DNA from: Nitrospiraceae bacterium
GTDB taxonomy: Bacteria; Nitrospirota; Nitrospiria; Nitrospirales; Nitrospiraceae
DNA: 64,000 nucleotides
Direction: 5' to 3'
Assembly (NCBI GenBank): GCA_050246315.1
Contig: JBFWWG010000001.1
Coordinates: 192,001-256,000, forward strand
Both the position numbers and the translations under genes were made by a program. Each line of letters opens with the position of its first letter. Position 1 is the stretch's first letter. Positions 57,185-64,000 of the stretch are shown here, piece by piece. The notes below the pieces were generated by a model. That model saw only the letters and a list, made by a program, of their open reading frames with translations, made no database searches and was not told where the DNA came from.

Positions 57185-57745
57185 TCATGGCTTCGGATCG
57201 AGACCCGGCAGACCGGGCAGGCCTTCCACGCTTCGTGCGTTCTTCTCATTCCGGTACTGCTGTAAATGCGTGTCGCCCTTCGATATGGACAACCGTATGA
57301 GCTGGTCGCGCTGCTCGCGATACTCGTATAGCGGAACCGCGTAGCCGCAGGAGTCGCTGATGCGGAGCAGCGAAGCTCTGACGATCGCACGGGCGCCTGG
57401 GTATTCAGGAAACCGCGCTTGGAGAGGCTTCCAGTCCAGGGATTCCGGAGTCACCAGTTCACCTCGGCCATGGAGGCGGACGATCTTCGGCGCCCCCTCG
57501 AAGGCACAGAACATAAAGACGATGCGCCCGTTTTCGCGAAGGTGAGCGATCGTCTCGATGCCGCTCCCCGTGAGGTCGAGATACGCGACCTCGCGCGGTC
57601 CAAGCACCCGAAAGGTATCCATGCCTTTCGGCGAGCAGTTGACGAGTCCATTGCCGGAAAGAGGAGCGCTGGCGACGAAGAACATACGTTGCGTCGAGAG
57701 CCACGCGGCCAACTCCGGGGTGATTTCGTTGAACACCTTGCCCAC
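57185..57745 (-). CDS. Pyridoxamine 5'-phosphate oxidase-like FMN-binding protein
   Basis: MFFVASAP, NCSPKG, YLDLTGSGIETIAH and SCGYAVP. Confidence 0.88.
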   Translation of the reverse strand: MGKVFNEITPELAAWLSTQRMFFVASAPLSGNGLVNCSPKGMDTFRVLGPREVAYLDLTGSGIETIAHLRENGRIVFMFCAFEGAPKIVRLHGRGELVTPESLDWKPLQARFPEYPGARAIVRASLLRISDSCGYAVPLYEYREQRDQLIRLSISKGDTHLQQYRNEKNARSVEGLPGLPGLDPKP

Positions 57746-57985
57746 AACGTCTCCTTTCGCACGCTGAACGCTTGCCGTCTTCCCATCTTTGTGCCGCGAA
57801 GCCGCTGCGCAGAATCGGGCATGGCGGGCTGTTCGGTGCCTCTCCCCATGCGCTTCCCATAGACCGTTCCCGGCCGTGCCGACGAATCGGATGCTTTCTC
57901 GGATATGACCTTCGGCAACCCTTCGCCGAGCGGCGTGATGTTGTGAGATGGGCGGCCGCCGGGCAGGCGCTGCCGGAACGACGGG

Positions 57986-58375
57986 TCAGGCCGCCGGTTG
58001 GACCAAATTGATCAGGTTGCCGCAGGTGTCCTCGAAAAGGACGGCGGTGATCGGCCCTATGTCGCGAGGCTCGCCTCGGAAGCGGACCCCATGCTCGATC
58101 AGGCGCCGATATTCAGCCCGGACATTCTTCGTGATGAAAGCCATGGCCGGAATCCCGGCCTCGAACAGCGCCTTCTGATACGATTGTGCCGGTGGAAATC
58201 CCGTCGGTTCCAGGACGAGCTCGACACCGTCCACGCCTTCCGGTGAGGACACAGTCAGCCACCGAAACGCTCCCATGGGTATGTCGGTTTTCTTTATGAA
58301 GCCCAGGATCGATGTATAGAATTGAAGCGCTCGCTCTTGGTCATCGACCATGACGCTGGCTAGCTTGATCTGCAT
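57986..58375 (-). CDS. VOC family protein
   Basis: VDDQERALQFYT..LGF...RWLTV...FEDTCGNLI. Confidence 0.9.
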   Translation of the reverse strand: MQIKLASVMVDDQERALQFYTSILGFIKKTDIPMGAFRWLTVSSPEGVDGVELVLEPTGFPPAQSYQKALFEAGIPAMAFITKNVRAEYRRLIEHGVRFRGEPRDIGPITAVLFEDTCGNLINLVQPAA

Positions 58376-58413
58376 CCACGCCTCCCTGCGGTTGCAGCAC
58401 AAGTCATCGTGAA

Positions 58414-59160
58414 TCATGCGGTCTGCGCTCGACCCAATTTCTCCCTCATCACACCCGCCAAGTCTCGGATGGCCCGTCCGCCGTCGCCGATAAACGAGGA
58501 CCCATGCATCAGGGCCAAGCGTGTGGGCTGGAGACCGGCCAGCCCATGCAGGATCGGTTCGGTCAACGGCGTGTAGGGGTAGGCATTGGCAAAAGGTCCC
58601 TTCTGGCCCTCGACCAAGGATCGCGTTGCGCGCTCGACCACGTCCGACTCAGTGACCAGATCAACGTCTCCCTCGTGGGTGAACAGATCCGAGCAGAGCA
58701 ACGTACGGGTGACCTCCTCGAATAGCAGGCTCGCCTCCCAGTTATGCGGGACGTGAGGCGTCTGGCGGAACCGAACCCGGTAGGTCCCGGTACTCAGGAC
58801 CTCGTCTTGCTTCAGCACACGCGCCGGACGAAGCGAGAAGTCGTTCACGCTGACGAGCGCCCCCACTTGACCGCAGACCGGCTCGGCACGGGGAGCCATG
58901 TTCAGCCATTCGTTCAACGCGCCGCATTCGTCGGCTTCGAAATGGCTGAACGAAATCCATCGCAGCGTGGAGGGATCGATGATGCGCGCCACCGCATCGC
59001 GCACGAGCGGAAACATCTGTCGCATGCCGGCGTGAAACAGCAGCGGCTCCTCGTCCTTGATCAGGAAATGATTGAACCGGAGGTTGAAGTCCGGAACGTA
59101 GATCGAAATCACATAGTGATCGGCGGCGACTTCCGCCACTGCGGCCCGGTCATGCATCAT
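58414..59160 (-). CDS. MBL-fold protein (flavodiiron/ODP-like domain)
   Basis: [23 protein letters not shown] and MHG. Confidence 0.85.
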   Translation of the reverse strand: MMHDRAAVAEVAADHYVISIYVPDFNLRFNHFLIKDEEPLLFHAGMRQMFPLVRDAVARIIDPSTLRWISFSHFEADECGALNEWLNMAPRAEPVCGQVGALVSVNDFSLRPARVLKQDEVLSTGTYRVRFRQTPHVPHNWEASLLFEEVTRTLLCSDLFTHEGDVDLVTESDVVERATRSLVEGQKGPFANAYPYTPLTEPILHGLAGLQPTRLALMHGSSFIGDGGRAIRDLAGVMREKLGRAQTA

Positions 59161-59239
59161 GAATCTCCGCCTGTTGCGCAATCTGCCGATCGCGCCTGCT
59201 CCAGTGACTTTTCGCGAGTCGGTCCTGTTCTCCGCCCGT

Positions 59240-62200
59240 TCACCCCTTGCTCCCTGCCACCACCAGCGCTTCGTAACCACCCTCCTCCCGCGATTCCCGC
59301 TCCTCGAGATTCGAGACTGGCTGATGCTGTGACGCGATCAGCGAGTAGAACACCGGAACGACGAACAGGGTGAACAGCGTGCCGACGGTCATGCCGGCGA
59401 CCAGCACCATCCCGATACTGTTGCGGGCCTCGGCTCCCGGCCCGGACACCAACACCAAGGGAAGGTGTCCGAAGACGGTGGCGGCCGAGGTCATCAGCAC
59501 CGGCCGCAGCCTGGTCAGCGCCGCCTCGCGTAGCGCGTCCAATTTCGGAAGACCACGGGCCTGCAGGGTGTTCGCAAACTCCACAATGAGAATGCCGTTC
59601 TTCGCGATCAGTCCCACCAACGTAATCAACCCGACCTGCGAATAAATATTGATCGTGGTGAGGTCCAGAAAGCTGAACATCAGGGCGCCGGAGATCGCCA
59701 ACGGCACCGAGCCCAGCAGGACGATCAACGGGTCTCGGAAACTATGAAACTGCGCCGCCAGGACCAGGTAGATGAGCACAATCGCAAACCCGAGTGTGAC
59801 GGTCAGCGCCGAGCCTTCGCGACGGATCTGTCGAGACTCGCCCGCATGGTCCAGCACGACACCGGGTCCACCTGCCGCCGTCGCGGCATTTTCGAGGACG
59901 CGCAGCCCTTCGTCCTTCGTAATCCCCGGTTTGACGCCGCCGAAAATCTTGACGGCGTTGCGCTGTTGAAAGCGGTTCAGGGTGCGCGGGGCGGTACTTG
60001 TTTCAATGTGCGTGAAAGTCGAGACCGGCACGAGCTGCCCGCTCGGCGTCTTGATCTTGAGATCGAGCAGCGGGCCGACCGTGGCGCGGTCTTTGTCGCC
60101 AAGCTGCGGAATCACCTTGTAGCTGCGGTCGAAGAAGTTGAATCGGTTCACGTAGGCCCCGCCGAGCATCGTCCCGAGCTCCCGCCCGACGCCGGCGAGA
60201 TCAAGCCCAAGGTCGGCAAGCCGTTCGCGGTCGAGCACGACCTGAGCCTGAGGAAGATCGATCTTCAAATCGGTATCCACGTAGAGAAACTTTCCGCTTT
60301 GCCATCCGGCTCCCAGTACGGCTCCTACCGTTTCCAGCATCTGTTCGGCTGGGGCGTCGCTCTGGAGCACCAGTTCGACATCGTACTGGCCGGGAGTGGG
60401 CAGGGGCGGATCCAGCCGCGGGAACACGCGCAGGCCCGGCACCTGCGAGACGGCTCCGTAAACCTCGCCGAACATTTGCTCGGTGGAGCGCGCGCGCACT
60501 TTCCAATCCTTTGCGACCAAGCCGCCAAAGCCTCCCCACGCGGAGGTCAACGACCAGGTAAAGTCCGTTTCGGGAAACGCCGTGATGGCGCTGACGATTT
60601 GGAGATGTTCGCGGTTGGTCGCAGCTAAGGTCGAGTCGGGAGACGCCTCGAAGAAGAGGCTGATATGGCTCTGGTCTTCCACCGGCGCCAATTCTTGGCG
60701 CGAGAACAGATACAACGGCCAGGCGGCGACCATGATCAGCAACGACGCCACCACGATGGCCCAGCGCATCCCCAGCGCGCCGTCGAGCAGTCGAGCATAG
60801 GCCCGTCGGACCCCTTCGAAACCCCGGTTGACGAGCGTCGTCAGCCGACCTTCCTTCCCCTGCGGGTGCACGAAGCGCGAGCTCATGACCGGCGAGAGCG
60901 TGAGCGCCACGATGCCCGATACGACGACGGCGGCGGCCAGGGTAATGGCAAATTCAAGGAAGAGTGAGCCGGTCAAGCCTCCCTGGAAACCGATCGGCGC
61001 ATAGACGGTGGCCAACGTGATCGTCATCGCAATGATCGGGCTCAGCAACTCCCTCGCCCCGATCAGCGCCGCGTCGATCCGCGACTTACCTTGCCGCACA
61101 TGCCGCTCCACGTTTTCCACGACCACGATCGCATCATCCACGACCAATCCGACCGACAGCACGATGGCCAGGATCGTCAGGAGGTTCAGGCTGAAGCCGA
61201 AGGCAAGCATCACGATCGCCGCGCCGATCAGCGAGACCGGCATCGCGAGCAGCGGCACGAGCGCGGTGCGGACCGATCCCATGAAGAGAAAGACGGCGAT
61301 GCCGACGATCGCAATCGTCTCCGCCAGCGTCTTGGTGATCTCCTCCAGCGCATTCCGCATAAACATCGTCCCGTCCCAGACGAGACGCATGTCGATGTCC
61401 TTGGGCAGCGTCGGCTTGATATGCTCCATCTCCTCGCGCAGCCGCCGTGCCACTTCGATCTCGTTGGAGCCGACGAGCGGCCACACGCCGAGGTAGACAC
61501 CCTCCTTGGTGCCGTACTTGGCGATCATCTCCGCCTCTTCCGCCCCGAGTTCGACCCGCGCTACGTCGCTCAAGCGCACGATGGCGCCCCCGCGGTCCGC
61601 GACAATCAGGTTCTCGAACTCTTCGGCGGAACGCAGGTCGGTGTTCGCAAGCAGGTTGACCTGGACGAGATTGCCCTTCGTCCGCCCGACGGCGGCTAGG
61701 TAATTGTTGCGCCGCAGGGCCGCTTGCACGTCGCCGGGTGAAAGGTTGAACAGGGCCAATCGATCGGGGTCGATCCAGATGCGCATGGCGATCTGCCGGC
61801 CGCCTTCGATCGTTACCCGCTGAACCCCGGGCAACGTCGCCAGTTGGGGCTGCAACGTGCGGAGCAGCCAGTCGGTGACGGCCGGGACCGATCGTTCACT
61901 TGAGGTAAAGCTGAGGTAAAACGAGGCATAGGGACGGTCGGCACGTTGGACCTCGACCACGGGCGGCTCGGCCTCCTGAGGCAACTCAGATCGGACCTGC
62001 TGGAGCCGGGCTGTGACCTCGGCCAGGGCCGCCGTGCTGCTGTGGTTAAGCTTGAGGTGCACCGTGACGGTGCTGATACCCGCACGGCTGGTCGATTCGA
62101 GATAGTCCACCCCGCTGATCGCAGACACGACGCGCTCAATCGGCGTGGTCAGGAAGCCGCGAACGGTTTCGGCGCTGGCCCCGTAGTAGACCGTCGTGAT

Positions 62201-62341
62201 GATGACCGACGAGCTTTCAATTTTCGGATACTGCTGCACCGGTAGGACGGTCAGCGCCCGCCAGCCGACCAGCACGATGACCAGATTGACCACGACGGCC
62301 AGCACAGGATGTTTGATGAAGGTATCGGTGAACGACCGCAT
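59240..62341 (-). CDS. RND efflux permease (MexI/MexW-like)
   Basis: [27 protein letters not shown] and RLRPVLMT. Confidence 0.95.
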   Translation of the reverse strand: MRSFTDTFIKHPVLAVVVNLVIVLVGWRALTVLPVQQYPKIESSSVIITTVYYGASAETVRGFLTTPIERVVSAISGVDYLESTSRAGISTVTVHLKLNHSSTAALAEVTARLQQVRSELPQEAEPPVVEVQRADRPYASFYLSFTSSERSVPAVTDWLLRTLQPQLATLPGVQRVTIEGGRQIAMRIWIDPDRLALFNLSPGDVQAALRRNNYLAAVGRTKGNLVQVNLLANTDLRSAEEFENLIVADRGGAIVRLSDVARVELGAEEAEMIAKYGTKEGVYLGVWPLVGSNEIEVARRLREEMEHIKPTLPKDIDMRLVWDGTMFMRNALEEITKTLAETIAIVGIAVFLFMGSVRTALVPLLAMPVSLIGAAIVMLAFGFSLNLLTILAIVLSVGLVVDDAIVVVENVERHVRQGKSRIDAALIGARELLSPIIAMTITLATVYAPIGFQGGLTGSLFLEFAITLAAAVVVSGIVALTLSPVMSSRFVHPQGKEGRLTTLVNRGFEGVRRAYARLLDGALGMRWAIVVASLLIMVAAWPLYLFSRQELAPVEDQSHISLFFEASPDSTLAATNREHLQIVSAITAFPETDFTWSLTSAWGGFGGLVAKDWKVRARSTEQMFGEVYGAVSQVPGLRVFPRLDPPLPTPGQYDVELVLQSDAPAEQMLETVGAVLGAGWQSGKFLYVDTDLKIDLPQAQVVLDRERLADLGLDLAGVGRELGTMLGGAYVNRFNFFDRSYKVIPQLGDKDRATVGPLLDLKIKTPSGQLVPVSTFTHIETSTAPRTLNRFQQRNAVKIFGGVKPGITKDEGLRVLENAATAAGGPGVVLDHAGESRQIRREGSALTVTLGFAIVLIYLVLAAQFHSFRDPLIVLLGSVPLAISGALMFSFLDLTTINIYSQVGLITLVGLIAKNGILIVEFANTLQARGLPKLDALREAALTRLRPVLMTSAATVFGHLPLVLVSGPGAEARNSIGMVLVAGMTVGTLFTLFVVPVFYSLIASQHQPVSNLEERESREEGGYEALVVAGSKG

Positions 62342-62397
62342 CGGGATATCCTACCTACCTAGTTGTGAGACCCTGAGCGTCTGGTGGCCGCTCAGTG

Positions 62398-63528
62398 TTA
62401 ATCGAGAGCCTGAGTCTGGAGGCTACCCTCCCGGTAGCCTCCACGATCACCCGTGACGGCGACAAGGACGCCGTCACGCAGCTTGAAGGACCCGGAAGCG
62501 GCCACCCGTTCACCGGTGTTCAGGCCGGCGTAGATGATAACCTCGTCTCCCAGCATCGCCCCGCTCTCAACCTGCCGCGCATAGGCTCTGGTCTGTCCCT
62601 GCTTGTCCATCTCGACGACGAACACCTGATCGCCGCCTGGCCCCTTTCGCAGGGCGCTCACCGGGACGGCGACAGCCTTACGCAGAGGACCGGTCGGAAC
62701 CAGAATGCGAACCGAGGCTCCGGGCGACGGCGCGTCGGCGGCATGTTCGATCCTCGCCCGCACGATGGCGTTCCGAGTGGTTGGATCGACGCGGGCGTCG
62801 ATGGCTATGATCTTGGCTTGGGTCGGAGAGGAGGATCCCGGCGCGAGCACTTGGACACTCTCGCCTTCCCGCAGATCCGCGGCAACCTGTTGCGCGACCG
62901 TGAAGTCCACGTGCGCCGCCTCGTCGACGCCTTGCAAGGTCGTTAATTGCGTACCTTCATTCAGGTACTGCCCGGGATGCACATCCGCCATGCCGACCTT
63001 GGCGCGGAACGGCGCACGGACGGTCTTGCGGGCAATGATCGCCTCGGTCCGTGCGATCTGCGCCAGCGCGACATCCAAATCCGCGCGTGCACGATCCACT
63101 TCCTCTTGAGCGGTGGCCAAGTCTTCACTCAAATGTTGCCGGCGGGCGAGCACCGTTTTCGCCAACACCGCCTGCGCGTTCTGCGCCCTGAGCTCGGCCT
63201 CCTCGACCGCCACGTCCAATGCAACCAGCACCATGCCCGCCTCGACCACCTGACCCGGCGTGAGCCTGACCTGGCGGACCGTTCCGGCCAGCTCATTGCG
63301 GAGCGTGATCGAGCGCAAGGCCAGGACGGTCCCAATCGACGTCGTGGTCTGTCGGTGTAGACGCTCCTCCGCAACGGCGACCATCACGGATTCCATCGGC
63401 TCCGGTTGACGTGCGGAGGCCGCGGCGCTGTCCTGGATGACCGCATACTTCCACGTCGCCAGACCGGCACCGACCATGATCACCATGAGGAGCAACAGTG
63501 CCGACCCGATCCAAGGGTGACGATTCAT
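62398..63528 (-). CDS. RND membrane fusion protein
   Basis: N-terminal TM, APFRAKVG, IDARVDPTTRN and GERVAASG. Confidence 0.92.
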   Translation of the reverse strand: MNRHPWIGSALLLLMVIMVGAGLATWKYAVIQDSAAASARQPEPMESVMVAVAEERLHRQTTTSIGTVLALRSITLRNELAGTVRQVRLTPGQVVEAGMVLVALDVAVEEAELRAQNAQAVLAKTVLARRQHLSEDLATAQEEVDRARADLDVALAQIARTEAIIARKTVRAPFRAKVGMADVHPGQYLNEGTQLTTLQGVDEAAHVDFTVAQQVAADLREGESVQVLAPGSSSPTQAKIIAIDARVDPTTRNAIVRARIEHAADAPSPGASVRILVPTGPLRKAVAVPVSALRKGPGGDQVFVVEMDKQGQTRAYARQVESGAMLGDEVIIYAGLNTGERVAASGSFKLRDGVLVAVTGDRGGYREGSLQTQALD

Positions 63529-64000
63529 GAGCGATGTCCTCCTGAACGCCTATCGACGATGAATGTCATCAAAGGTTTGACCGATCGAGACAACAACGGC
63601 ATGGCGACTCCTGAAAACAAATAGCGTTTCCTCACGCATAACCTTCAGATAGTCCGAGGCAAAGCAACACCTATTCCATTGGGAATCGAGCGCACCAGGA
63701 AACGCCCTCCACAATGGAGCAACGGATAACTGGTCAATAGCAGAGGAATTTTCGACCTGCTTGCAGGAGGAGGGTCGTCACGATAGAGAGGAATGGATCG
63801 GATGGAGCCCGCCGATCTTTCGGCGCGTGCCGAAAACTCGGCGCTCTGAGGTCTACCTGGGTCGGGTGATGGCCAGTTTCTGAATTTTTGATTGGAGAGT
63901 GGTCCGCTTCATGCCGAGTCGGGAGGCAGCCCCCGTGGGGCCTCCGATCACCCAGTCGCTTTCCTGAAGGGCCTTGAGGATATGTTCCCGTTCAGTCTGC

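Overview
A GC-rich bacterial chromosomal window, probably from a Nitrospira-like organism (an inference from the dispersed palindromic repeat families and gene content). From left to right it contains: (1) a trehalose/polyphosphate locus (partial ppk2, DUF4412-like gene, otsB, an unusual membrane-sensor-fused otsA, and a divergent GH15 hydrolase); (2) a collapsed defence island at the 3' end of tmRNA (ssrA, 10840-11186, minus strand), with scraps of an SNF2 helicase, type III mod/res and several toxin-antitoxin genes around one intact AAA+DUF4143 ATPase; (3) two ~0.5 kb non-coding, highly structured elements with ISL3-like terminal inverted repeats (copy 1 has a perfect 8-bp target duplication); (4) redox, transport and RND efflux genes; (5) a long minus-strand cluster with six DGPF/YciI paralogues, VOC proteins, a beta-propeller/ubiquitin-like (MoaD-GG) pair and an ECF42-type sigma factor, whose TGTCGA-N16/17-CGAC promoter motif is visible three times; (6) a small islet flanked by direct repeats with a PD-(D/E)XK nuclease, an alkA-ogt pair, a CotH kinase, and a second RND system. 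No CRISPR array, rRNA, tRNA, integrase or intact transposase was seen. All calls come from reading the sequence by eye; no database search was run.
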